Source of the DNA: Octopus vulgaris
Taxonomy: Eukaryota
Direction: 5' to 3'
NCBI GenBank assembly: GCA_951406725.2
Contig: OX597825.1
Span: forward strand, 51,646,001-51,710,000
DNA: 64,000 nt
Part shown: piece after piece, positions 1 through 13,499 of the stretch
Layout of the letters: every line of letters begins with the position of its first letter
How positions within the stretch are numbered: position 1 is the stretch's first letter
Position numbers and translations under genes: made by a program
Notes under the pieces: generated by a model
What the model was told of the DNA's origin: nothing
Databases searched by the model: none
What the model saw: only the letters and a program-made list of their open reading frames with translations

Positions 1-101
1 GAAAACAAATAGAACATGCTTTCTATGTTATGTCCCAAGAAGGTTTTTTACCTCATCATACCTTCTATCATATATTTTTATATATATTTTATGTATATAT
101 A

Positions 102-514
102 GGCGCAGGAGTGGCTGTGTGGTAAGTAGCTTGCTAACCAGCCACATGGTTCCGGGTTCAGTCCCACTGCGTGGCATCTTGGGCAAGTGTCTTCTGCTAT
201 AGCCCCGGGCCGACCAATACCTTGTGAGTGGATTGGGTAGACGGAAACTGAAAGAAGCCTGTCGTATATATGTATATATATGGATGGGTGTGTGTGTTTA
301 TGTTTGTGTTTGTCCCCCTAGCATTGCTTGACAACCAATGCTGGTGTGTTTACGTCCCCGTCACTTAGCGGTTCGGCAAAAGAGACCGATAGAATAAGTA
401 CTGGGCTTACAGAGAATAAGTCCCGGGGTCGATCTGCTCGACTAAAGGCGGTGCTCCAGCATGGCCGCAGTCAAATGACTGAAACAAGTAAAAGAGTAAA
501 AGAGAGTAAAGAGA
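102..514 (+). mobile_element. tRNA-derived SINE, family 1 (octopus-type), full length
   Basis: tRNA-like head GGCGCAGGAGTGGCTGTGTGGTAAG...GGTTCAGTCCC (A/B box-like), internal TA/TG tract, 3' part ending TGACTGAAACAAGTAAAAGAG repeats. Near-identical copies at 29915-30329 and 33822-34200 (both -). Confidence 0.9.
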
Positions 515-1356
515 TATATTTTTTATATATTTTTATGTATTTTTATATAATTTTTTATAGCGAAAAATGCGAGTGAACATGCGTACGTTTACATAGCGAT
601 GTATAAGTACGCAGGCAAGCAGAGTTATAACACAGTAATTTCCCTTTGTATAACGGTATTTTTTTCATAGCGTTTTCAAATAGCCAGATAACCGAAGAGA
701 TGGCGTTGTGGATTCCCACTTCGGCATCTGAAACTCACAGATAAATTTCCTTTATTTACATAATATTGAGGTATCTTTCTTTCTTTTGTTAGCTTACCGT
801 TTTACCAATATATATATATATATATAAGAAGTTAGCAGATTTAGAAGTTGAAATAACTGTCTAAGGGATAGAAGTATCCATTATACTACCGGTATTTTAC
901 CTATGTTTAACCATGCCCATACATATGCAAGCATATTATGCTCACAAATTATGGGTAAAGAGAAGGATAAACACAAGTTTACCAAGAATCAGAATTTAAA
1001 CAAAACAGAAAATGGAGAAATATGGATGAACAACAATTGACTTACGTTAAATATCTTTTATTAATTCACTACAAATAGACTGCATCCTATCAAACGGCTG
1101 CTTCTTCTTCCAATGTTGTATGCTATTGCCACTGATATGCTAAAAACATTTCTCATATTTCGTAATAAAACTGATCTGAACCATGGAGCTTCAATAGAGT
1201 CAAGAATAAATGCTAAAGAAGGGATTAGAAAAGAAAAGTTCAATATGGTTGTAATCATACCATTTTGATTGTGTATCTCTGGGACTTTAAGTAAATGACT
1301 AAACTTAAACCAGTATTTGGTGGATTAATCCTTTGCATGGGGATATAGGATGGATA

Positions 1357-2230
<874 letters not shown>

Positions 2231-3229
2231 GTGGAATACGCCAATATGTTTTAGTCGGAGAACGTGTGAAGATACACTAAGGTTAAAAATTGATCATAAT
2301 AATTTTTAATGATTATGTTTATAGTACTAATATTATTTATCATAATAATAAAATGCTAATTCATTGAATGTATTTTTTAATTTACTAGTAAGTGGATACG
2401 CCCTTCAACATGTTTTCTGAAGAGAGATAGACCAAGGCCAAACGTTTGATATAACTGATCAGTAGTAATTTAAAAACGAACGACCAGCTATTGAGGCTGT
2501 TATAAGTGGTAAGATAAATAGATAAATGAATGGGAAAATGGTTTACGTTGTAAGGATCCCGAAATCGCTTAAGACAGTATATAGTAAATTACAAGAATAA
2601 ATATTATGGACTAAATACTACGGGAGAAACCTATTTGGACATTTAGGAAGTAAGATGGTTGTGGGTGAAAATGATTCAACAGTTTTTTTAAAATGGAGTG
2701 TGAACTAAGTAAAAAACAAGGAAAAGAATTTATTCCAAGTTTCAGATTGGCACTTAATCAATCATTCTCGACACTTACCCCAATATACAACACTTTTATA
2801 TTTAGGAAATTGCCATTTCAAGGACAACTTTCGTGGTCTTTGAATTACACTTTGGTTTGTTACATTCAATCTGTATTTCATCCTACTGTACACCATTATT
2901 TTGAAAGTGTTGCTCAATCAGCTTTAAATGCTTATTTGTTGAATTGCTATATGTACACACTTATATGTACTACCAATTTATAATCATTTTACTGGTCTGT
3001 AATATTTCAACTGTGTGGTGAAGGTGTATTTGAAACACCAACAAAAAGTTTGTGAAATTATTTACATATATATATATATATATACATATATACATATACA
3101 CACATATATATGCATATGAATATACATATGGATATACATATATATGTATATGTACAAACATACACACACATCTATTCTTTTGTCCTTTTATAAGTTTTAG
3201 TCGAAAAGCTGTAGCCATAGCGGGCCACC

Positions 3230-5420
3230 GCCAGTATTACAACCCTTTCAATGGCTTTGAGGTGGAGAAGAAAGTTTGATTTTGCAAGCCGCTTTTGAGA
3301 TTCTTGCTATGGTGTAGGTCCATCCTAGAACTTGTACAGCAAAAAGTCAGTTGTTTCGTGAAAACATCTTATCCTGCTGTATGTAGAATTCAGACTTTTT
3401 TCACCAAAATACCAAATTACTGTGGGTCTTTGAGCCTCATGCTATGCCAGTGCCTGGTTTTCAATCTGGACTGGAAGGATGTTGTTCAAATGATGAATAG
3501 CTTCGCGTAAACCATTGGTTCGTTTTGTTCTCTTACTTTATTATCATCATATAATCATGTCATAAGAATGACCTTTATGACTCGTATTACTACCTCAGTC
3601 AATCTAAATGTATATATTTGTCGCTACCTGTCATAAATAGCCTTTTTCTATTTGCAATATGCATTTTCGTTGATTTTTCATATTTTACCCCAATATATAT
3701 ATATATATATATATTTATGTATATATATCAATGCATATCTTTCCCGTCTTTGCTCTTTGCTCCAGGAAGTAGAGTCTTTTAAAGTAGCTCAGCAGTTCTA
3801 TTGTAGCACAGCTAAAATGCCTCATGTTCCCTTAGAATTAGTAGTATTTCAATTGAAAGCAGTAGTCCAGTTAGCTGAGGACAAATGTCCTCTACAGAAC
3901 CAGTAAAATATATTGGTCTCTTGCTCTGACAGTTCGGAGAATCCAGCTACCCAATCGCCTGCGCATCGCCACCATCTTGGTGATATGTAGATGAAATGAG
4001 GTGTCGATGCTCATATCAATCTCCAGATCATGTACTGTGCCTTGACCCAGGGATTTGCGCTCCATTTGATCCTAGTTGTGTCAAGTTAGTGTAAGCTGAC
4101 TGATTGCAGGGGGCTTGGAATTTTCCTGCAAAATCATTACAGGTTGTTTTCTACAGCCTGTTTATATATGGCATCTAGGTCAAAGATTCCTTCACTGCAT
4201 CGTTGGCATAACTAGTAAGTGTGGCTGTCTGTATAACGGATGTTACGTCCGAGAAAGCTAGAGTAAGCAGTAGCGGTCTCAAGACAGTTCCATGAATCAC
4301 TCCACTCATGTTAAACTACTCTTTGAGATGACCCCATTGACTGCCACGACCTGGCTTCTGACTTTTAAGAAGTCATGTAACCACTCTCCCAGTTTTCCGA
4401 GTATGCCAAGACCCGTAGCTTGTTACATAGCATTTCATGACCATACTTATAAATGGCCTTTGCAAAATCAATATACTTTACACCCTCGTTTCAGTTTCAA
4501 CACACAGCTGTGTAAAGTGGCGTCTTTCTGATCGGAGGTTGTGCAGGGTGTCAGGAAGCCAGTTATGATCTTCTAGGAACAGGATGAACTTGGCAATGCG
4601 CTCAATGACTTATTAGAGAGACAAGCCTATAATTTTTTACCGTCCGCTTTGCTACTTCCTTTATGTAAAAGACATATTATGCATTCCTTTAACTTTGTGA
4701 GAAATCTCCCACTTGCAAGGAAGCTTTGGTAGGGGATCTACAGTGGTCTTGCAAGAACACCTTTGCATTTTTTTCAGACAAATCATGATGAGAATGTTAT
4801 CAATGGCTGATATTACATCAGTTCCCTTTATTTCAATATAATTGAGCTGTCATGATGATGACTCACCAGGCATAGCTATCTGCAAGTGTCCCAAAAGAGT
4901 TGTGAAAGCACTTTCGTAATGCCATTCAGTATTTCACTTATGTTCTGAGGGTTATAGTATGTGAGCCATTTACTTGGGACTATTTCTCTAGCTATTTCCT
5001 ATTGAAAAAGATCTTTTGCAAACATATAGGAGGTTTTAGGGTTTACCTTCACATTTTTCAGCCGCCCTCATGGGAGTACTTGAGTTCACTTTCAATCTCA
5101 AGTGTTTGTTTGAAATAGAATTCTGCGCAATCCCTTAATTTCCCTTATACACTATTTCGGATCTTTTCTCATATTTTCATTGGACTCTTCCTGTCCCTGG
5201 GAATTAGGCTCTCTGTCAGTTTTATGGTATCTCTGGAGCAAACGTACAGCATATATTGTGCATGATTGTCATAAAGAAATATGATCTTATATCAATAGTG
5301 AGAATGGCAGACCAGATTTGTTTCTGCACTTCTTTTTGAATACCTATTTGATTATCTCTATGAAAGTTCGGAAACGAGTCGGGTGCTTGTAGTAGCCTGT
5401 ATGTCTGCAGTTGTCTGCGA
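3230..5420 (-). mobile_element. Decayed CR1-group LINE ORF2 (RT) fragment
   Basis: Minus-strand remnants such as KNYRLVSLISH and FLEDHNWLPDTLHNLRSERRHFTQL correspond to the NYRPISL and QHGFR..RS..TQL regions of RT. Many stops and frameshifts. Confidence 0.6.
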
Positions 5421-5747
5421 ACCATACATTGTTAGTTGCACTAAGCTACAAGCAACAATATCCGAACTTATGTATAAGGTGCAGGTGCCCCTTTGCTATA
5501 TTATTAAATCTCATAATATACAGGATACTTTCATCTATAAAGCAAAGACAAACTACAAAAACAAACAAGCAATACTACAGTTTCTGAATAATTATTTCCC
5601 TTTGTAGATATCTTCTTCCTTTGCTACTAGTTCATAAACGTGCATGCCTTGAAATATCCGTAATTTTAAACATTCTCATTCCACACTCGTTAGCTAAAAT
5701 GGCGGAGTTGTCACCTAATATACAAATTCTGTATGTTAACATATGTA

Positions 5748-6632
5748 CGAGGTGGTATCAAAATTTCTCGGACATCTTCTGTTACGCGCCAACAGATGGC
5801 TGCACACGGCTCCGTGCGCATTTAGAGCTAATAGTGACCTTTAGAGGCAATGAGCCGAATAACATTGCTGTGTTTACTACATGCGTAGTAAACACAGCAA
5901 TCTGCGAAATTTGTGTTTGTGCGACCACGTGCAAGATGTAGTCTGCGATTTTTGTCATGGACAGGAAGTTGGAACAAAGAGCCAACGCGAAATTGGAAGG
6001 TCTGTTACAAAGACATTGCGCATGCTTCGGCAAGCTTACGGCGATCAGGCAACTGGTCGTACGCACTGTTTCGATTGGGCGCTTGAAAAGCGGAAGAATG
6101 ACTCTAGAAGTCAAGGAGCGACCTGGAAGACCTACCACGAGCATCACAAACGGGAAATGCGGAGAAAATTCGTCAGCTTGTGCATGAGCATCGTCGAAGG
6201 ACACGCAAAGACGTTTTAAAGCGTTTGGGGGAAGAATTCGGCAAAAAGCGACTAGATGTGTGGAGTGGGAAGAATTGGCTTCGTCGCGACAACAATGCAG
6301 CCTGTCACCGAGCTCTCCTCACTCGTGATTTTCTCGCCAAATGCATCATGGAATCGCTTCCACACCCGCCCTATTCGCTAGATTTAGCACCTGCAGATAT
6401 CAGTCTCTTCCCCAAGAGGAAAATGCAGCTCAAAAGTTTTAGCACCATTGTCGTGATCCAGAACGAACTGCAGAAGTCCTTGGACAGAAAACGAATCTTA
6501 CGCCGTTTTCCAAAAGTGGCAGAAACGCTTGGACCGATGTATTTTAGCGCACGTTGGCTATTTTGAGGGAGATGCTGTTAAAACTTAGGTGAATAAGTTA
6601 TTTTCTATTTAAACATTACTCCGGGATCATAG
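5748..6632 (+). mobile_element. Mariner (DD34D) transposon relic, internally deleted
   Basis: TA followed by TIR-like CGAGGTGGTATCAAAA. Peptides EQRANAK, ERPGRP, W...DNNAACHRAL and LPHPPYSLDLAPAD (HPPYSPDLAP motif). Confidence 0.85.
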
Positions 6633-7345
6633 TATGCACACACAAGCACACACACATATATTTTTATTAATAATCGACAGACGTTACAATATTCCACAGG
6701 GTAAGATTTTCAATAGATAACGATGTACGAAACTCTCAGTTTTCGAGTCACTCTGTACTGCAGCTGACATAAAAATATATATAGTCATGGTTTGCGTTTA
6801 GTTTTCCTGATTTATTTCACCAAACATCTGTGTGTGCTTGTGTGTGTGTGCATTTGTGTGTATGCGTGTGCGTGTATGTCGTAGCACGTGTATGTGTCAG
6901 CGTGTGTGCAAGAAAGCAAATTCTGTTTGTGTGATAAAGTTGCCGAAGTAAACATAAGTGTATGAAATGGAATAAAAAGTCACTTTACTTTCGTTGAAAA
7001 GTAAAATATTGAAAATATAGTATAGACAAAGAAATATATAGATTTCTTTTTTTTACATAGACACCATTTGGTTTAAGGCTGAGGCCAGGCTGAAGCAACA
7101 ACTTCAGTGATATTACAGCGATTCCATTCTGTGTTCCTAAACACATCTTCTTTTTTTGCACTCACAAACGATGTTTCTGAATTTCCCATCCTGTTTGCTT
7201 GATGCAGTTCCGATAAGTAAATCAAAAATCAATTATGAAACAGAAAGATATACGATATATAGTTTTTGCCATCGTACTGAGAAAATACATTTACCTCCCA
7301 CTTTACTTAAGTGTTCATATATATGTATGTATTTATATATGTATG

Positions 7346-7505
<160 letters not shown>

Positions 7506-7909
7506 AGTTTATACATACACAAAGAGAGAAAGAGAGAGAAATATACATATATATATACATACAGTATTATTTCTAATTTTGTTTGGTTTGTAACATTCGT
7601 GGTTTCTTCATTTTGAAAAACCAAGGACGAATTGTTTACGTAAGTATTTCAGTCAGCATTTATATAGAAAGAGAAATAAACAAGCTGACATTTTGAAATA
7701 CATACATACTCACACACACACATATATATATACACATACATGTATGGATACATAATACATATGCGTGTGTTAGAGAGAGAGAGAGAGAGTGAGTGTGTGT
7801 GTGTGTGTATGTATGTATGTATAACTGAAAAGGCTCATAAACACAAGTGGGCTTAGAAATCCAAAATTAGGTACAGAAAATAAGCAAAAGAAGTTAAGTA
7901 GTAAGATTT

Positions 7910-8043
7910 ATCTTGACAGCTGTTTCAGGTGAGTGATAGCGTATGTTTAGCAACATTCGTTGCACAGAAAATTCGTTCAAGATGGAGTAACGCGAATTTC
8001 AATGTATTCGCGTGGAATAAATGTAACTCACTTATCAGAAGAT
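7910..8043 (-). ncRNA. Decayed type I hammerhead ribozyme in a PLE pLTR remnant (remnant about 7822-8455)
   Basis: Minus strand: ATCTT-CTGATAA-GTGAGT-(about 90 nt)-ACTCAC-CT-GAAA-CAGCTG-TC-AAGAT. Stems I and II, a palindromic stem III and the GUC site are present, but the core reads CUGAUAA instead of CUGANGA. Confidence 0.6.
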
Positions 8044-8451
8044 TGTGATTAAAATCGCGCTTCATAAGTAGTGCATACAAATATATATATAGAGAGAGAT
8101 TTACGGAGGGGCCATTGTTGAGGTATATTTGAGCGTAAGACGTATATATATATAAAAGAGCATATATATCGTATCGTGAGAGGGTCATATTCATAATAGT
8201 ACGTGTGGTTGGTATTAGTAATAGGACCCTATTAAGATACAAGATAAATTACACAGGTATATGTACACAAACACACCCTCAACTCATACACACACACATG
8301 GTTATCGACAGTACCTTTGTTTGTGTATTCGATGGTGATACGCTCATCAGGTTTCTACCAAACTCAGGCGTGTTCATCGGTCACAGAATTGTTGATAGAT
8401 AAATTTTAAGTAATTAATAAAATTTTCCATACCTATGTGATTCACTAATTA

Positions 8452-8499
<48 letters not shown>

Positions 8500-8570
8500 C
8501 ATATATATATATATATATACATGCATACACACACACACATATATATATATGTATATATATATATATGTAT

Positions 8571-8626
<56 letters not shown>

Positions 8627-8628
<2 letters not shown>

Positions 8629-9814
8629 AAGTAGATAAATGAATTATCTTATTACGGATAATTCAAATGATAACCGATACCTGGGTAGCAAAAATCACGA
8701 CAGAAAAAGCACGGTTGAGGTTACGACCATGGGGCCTAAAATCCGTGCCTTAGTGCGGAAATTTGAAGTTTTATATATTTAGTGTAGGAAGAAATGGAGC
8801 TGAACGAAGATTTAACAAAATTCCTTTTTATTATATTCTACATATGTTTCAAAGGCTGCAAATTCCCTAATTCGGATTGAATAAGGAGTTCATTTTGCAG
8901 CCTTCTCTTCAGGAAAATCCAGGAACTTAATTCTCCAACAAAATGCACAGCAAGTTTTTCGACAAAACGCTCACGAGGAGCCCATGAAATAAATGGCACA
9001 AACTGTCTATCTATATGCGTTGACGCCAGGCTGGGTGAAAGCAGATGAGAAGGTCCGTTGAGATAATTCAAGGTCAAAATCCGGTTAGCAGAAGGGAGTA
9101 CAGGAAAATCAAAGAGTGTGAATGTATTCTGTATGACTGGTGTTAATATTTGAATTATTTTAAGAATGAGTGCTAGAGTGTTTGAGTGTGAGAAATTGCT
9201 TTCATGTATGTGTGTGTGCGTCTATGTATGTGTGGCAGTGTGTTTCGAAGGCAGCAAGAGAGAGAGAGATATAGCAGGTATTAATGGTCAAGCAACAGAA
9301 AAAACTGTGTCTGTTTGTTCGTCTGTAAACACTTGATAGAGAGAGGGGGTGTCCACAATGGTCATGGCAGGATACAGTGCTGCTGTCAGGGATGTCAGCA
9401 GTTCTAGACAACTAGCAGTTCTTATACTAACAGGGGAGTGATATCCCCTTACAAATTTAATTCAAATTTTTTTCAATTTTCTTAGGAAATCAAGGGGTTA
9501 ACTATATTAGACTTCATTGGTATGAGAGAAATGTATTCCGTTTCCAGTGGGGGCATCTGAAAGAATTTTGCACAATCGAGTTAACAAGGTGCCCTCGGGC
9601 GAACAGAATATGAAAGAGTTCCGAGTTACAAAGAGCACAGATTTTTTTGCCCTTATCAAACGGTAAAGACACCGATAAAATTGACCATTCCAGTCTAAAA
9701 GTTGAATTCGCGTTCTTCAAACGCCAGACTAATTTGCAGCCTTTGAAACATATGTAGAAAATAATAGAAAGGAATTTTGTTAAACCTTCGTTCAGCTCCA
9801 TTTCTTCCTGCACT

Positions 9815-9820
<6 letters not shown>
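8627..9820 (-). mobile_element. 5'-truncated Penelope-like element (Naiad-like): GIY-YIG C-terminus, pLTR and inverted partial pLTR, flanked by (TA)n
   Basis: Peptide ...EWSILSVSLPFDKGKKICALCNSELFHILFARGHLVNSIVQNSFRCPHWKRNTFL (CxxC...CxH tail). 9731-9820 is the reverse complement of about 8775-8864. Hammerhead followed by AATAAA. Confidence 0.75.
8833..8918 (-). ncRNA. Type I hammerhead ribozyme (PLE-associated, minimal palindromic stem III)
   Basis: Minus strand: ATTTTC-CTGAAGA-G AAGGCTGCAAA-(loop)-TTTGCAGCCTT T-GAAA-C ATAT G-TA^GAATAT. Full CUGANGA/GAAA core, 11-bp stem II plus a G-U pair, GUA cleavage triplet (predicted cut between 8839 and 8838). Confidence 0.8.
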
Positions 9821-9869
<49 letters not shown>

Positions 9870-10149
9870 ACATATTAACTAAAATAAATGAGAAAGGAAT
9901 AGATATCATAGTTTATTTAACTTCTTGATTTCATATTACACTCTGTACACATTGTATAAAGAATCGTGGGTAAGACCAAAGCAATGCAAAGTAAATGCAA
10001 GGTAAATCACAAGAAAACAAATATGTGAATTAATGTAGGCTTACCTCGTATTCAATATTTCGGGCTTATGACCTCATTTTCAAGAATTTGACGAATGCTG
10101 GCGATATAGCAACATTTGTAATTCTACACAATGCTTCATAGTCATTATT

Positions 10150-10186
<37 letters not shown>

Positions 10187-10294
10187 CATACATATAGAAA
10201 CACACACGCGCGCGCATATATTTATATATATATATATACATACATATACATATAGATGCAAACAAACATACACAGACATACCCGCACACATATA

Positions 10295-10811
10295 TCTATA
10301 TATATAAAACTGTAGTTGTGTGAGTGTCTGTCCCCTTCGATTTAGATTCCTAACTCCTCCCACATTTTGCGGTGCAGTTTAACCAAATTCGGGTATCTTA
10401 TAGTCGTGATTAATATCGAGTCCGTCTGGCTATTAGTGTGCATCTACGATGAGTCTACGATTTTAAAAATAATTTAACATCATTTTTTATTCCATTTTAA
10501 TGCATAATTTTTCGTGTGTCGATGGCGGCGGAGTTGGCGTCCACGCTCAAACACCTGCACCTGTGTTTGCTTCTCCCCCTTCTTCCCTCCCTCGTGAAGC
10601 TGTGGGGAAGGGAGTGTAAGGAAATCAAAGTCGTAAAGCGTTGTCAAGGAGACCAGCGTTCTTTTAGAACAACGACTTCATGGCTTGAAGACACCAAAAC
10701 AGAAATGGCTAAGAAAGCCCGAATTGGCATCTATAAGGGAAGTAACTCTCTAAAAATGCTTATATAGTTATTTCCCTTACAAACCCGAGCAACGCCGGGC
10801 GATACTGCTAG
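10295..10811 (+). mobile_element. Non-autonomous Helitron
   Basis: A|TCTATATATATAAAA 5' end; 3' hairpin CCCG-AGCAACGC-CGGG followed 8 nt later by CTAG|T; AT target with no TSD. Confidence 0.8.
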
Positions 10812-11643
10812 TACACATATAAATGTTGATAGATATATGTCTATATGTATGCGTGTATGTATGTACATATACTTTTATATTTACGGATACACATTTATGC
10901 CTGTCTGTGGTGAGGAGTGTATGTATATGTGTTTAATCTACTCCAAGCCATTAGAACTAAAAGAACAACTAAGAATTCTACGGAGCGACGATTATCGACT
11001 TTGTCCACGTTCCAGGAATTCCCATTCTTCAACTTACACCCAGGTCGCACGTATAAAATAGCGTTGACTTTTACTTCGAAACTATTCTTGTATTCGGTGT
11101 TATTATAATCTTTGACTGATGATCAATCTCTTTATTCCACTCTCGTTCTTTCTGTGCCTTCAAACCTGCATATAATGGAACAAAACATAGGCAAATTCCA
11201 TTATTTAATTATATATCTCAATATGACAAAGTATAGTAAAGACTTAAGAACCAATTAATGACAATGGTGGTAAAGACGGATATGTAGATTGGTGAGGAAC
11301 AAATGTTGCAATACTCCTTATTTGATATGCAGAAATTATCGGACATTCGTTACATTTACTTCCTTTGTAAGTGTAGAAGTCAAAGGATATACACATTCGT
11401 ATGCATATGCTTATTTGTTTAAAGATATGATTTATTAGCTGTGCAGCTATATATACGATCAATTGTTTAGTGCGTGTTTATTTCTAAATTACAAAACTCA
11501 CACTTTCGATTGAATTGATGTAGTTAATTAATATATATATATATATATATACAAAAAAGGGTGAAATATAATTAATTTAATAAAATTAATAAATTTCACC
11601 TAGTAGATTTATCGGTATGGAAAAGACCATATTTGGTAAGAAT

Positions 11644-12039
11644 TATATTAATTATAATAAAGGGTTAATTGCAACAAATTGTTCAAAACCACATACCGAA
11701 AATATTAGAAATAGCAGCCAAATTGATCACTATTTCTACTACTAATAAAAAGTCTCCACAAACAAACAGAATTTGTAACCCGTATATGGTAAAAAGAAAG
11801 AAAATAACGAAATCCCAGCCTATGGATTAATTAAGAAATGACTCGTCTATAATTAATCCATAGGCTGGGATTTCGTTATTTTCTTTCTTTTTACCAGATA
11901 CAGGTTACAAATTCTGTTTGTTTGTGGAGACTTTTTATTAGTAGGAGAAATAGCGATCAATTTGGCTGCTATTTCTAATATTTTCGGTATGTGGTTTTGA
12001 GCAACTTGTTGCAATTAACCCTTTATTATAATTAATATA
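11644..12039. repeat. Long inverted repeat (190-bp arms, 16-nt loop), probably a PLE pLTR fold-back in (TA)n
   Basis: 11644-11833 is the reverse complement of 11850-12039, with about six mismatches by eye. Confidence 0.9.
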
Positions 12040-12220
12040 TATATATATACATATACTCTTATCTGTGTATTGTGTTCTATTGCAACTACTCGCTTACCTC
12101 TGTAGAAATTATCTATTTTCCTACCTTTAGCTTTGCTGTTATTTTGTTGCATTCTATTAGTCGTATGTTAGTCTCTAAAACAATTTAATGGAACATGTAT
12201 GTGTGGATAAGTACATGGAA

Positions 12221-12252
<32 letters not shown>

Positions 12253-12283
12253 ATATGTATATACATACATACATATATATATG

Positions 12284-12396
<113 letters not shown>

Positions 12397-13499
12397 TGGG
12401 TGTTTTTATATAAATGTATGTATCAGTCCACGTGCGTAGCTATTTCTCTATATACCTAAATTTATGAGTAGGTCTTTCCGTCTGATGGAATCGATATTGG
12501 ATTCTTGTTCTGACAGTGTATTGTGTAGGTTGTGATAGCATGCAGACTGTTATAGATATAACTGTAACTTCTATACACATCATAATTGATTATCTGGAAG
12601 GAAATACCTCATCAAAGTCGTTGAATGTACTATTACACTAACACCGCGTGTCGCATTATGAAGGATGTGTGGTCTCTTGGTGGCTGCATATTGCAATGAA
12701 ACCTCTCAAACCAAAAATTATATTTAAAAAATAAGCTCACCACGGTTTTTGTTGCAATCAGAGTTAAAATATTTCGTGTCGGGTGATGGTTATGAGTGAA
12801 TGCAATTGAGTGAGATTCTTTTACAGAAACAGTTGCATATTGGAAAGCAAAAGCTAAATGGTTAACTTTATAAATGTACAATTATTCGTTTCATTCACCT
12901 GTAGTAAATGTAGCTTTAACTATCAGAGACTGATGCCATTAGACGGTATTCGATGAGCATTGAGTATTTGTATCCTGAACTGTAATACACTACCGCTTGT
13001 GTGTTGGAAGTGGTGACCAACTGACTACTCATCTTCACCTGACTTACAACTTAAGTCTTCTCTCTCTATCTCGCTCTCTCTCATTCTCGATAAGCTATTT
13101 CTCTAATGAGAGGGAGGGAGTCCGCTACAAATTCAGCTGGGAATAGCCACGCTTGCAATCCTTTCACCCTGTATTCCACAGAAACGTTCTAGCACTTGGC
13201 ACTTTTTCCCTCGAAGGCAAGATTTCATCCTTCTTCCCAAAGGAGTATAAGGACGATCAAAATTATTTTCATTACTTTCTCAGACCACGTGGACTGTTTG
13301 TCGATAAATACACACACATACATATGTATATATGTGTGGGTTACATCGAAATTTGCAGTCTACTCAAGGATTATATAACTCTATATGAAACAGATGACCT
13401 CCGAGCAAACGATAGACTGTTTGTGAAAGCACCTGACAAAGGAATGTCATATAAATCAAGGACGAAAAAATTAGGTTTTTTCCAACTTTTTTAATTCAA

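Noticed and set aside
102-175. tRNA-like sequences at SINE heads
   Set aside because: They have A/B boxes but no complete cloverleaf and continue into SINE bodies, so they are not tRNA genes.
8300-8357. Third hammerhead-like motif (CTGATGAG on the - strand)
   Set aside because: GAAT replaces GAAA and stems I and II barely pair; at best a heavily decayed remnant.
8920-9730. Selenocysteine/SECIS, reported for some Naiad elements
   Set aside because: The Cys codons in the visible CxxC/CxH motifs are TGT/TGC, and I could not form a SECIS helix in the 3' region.
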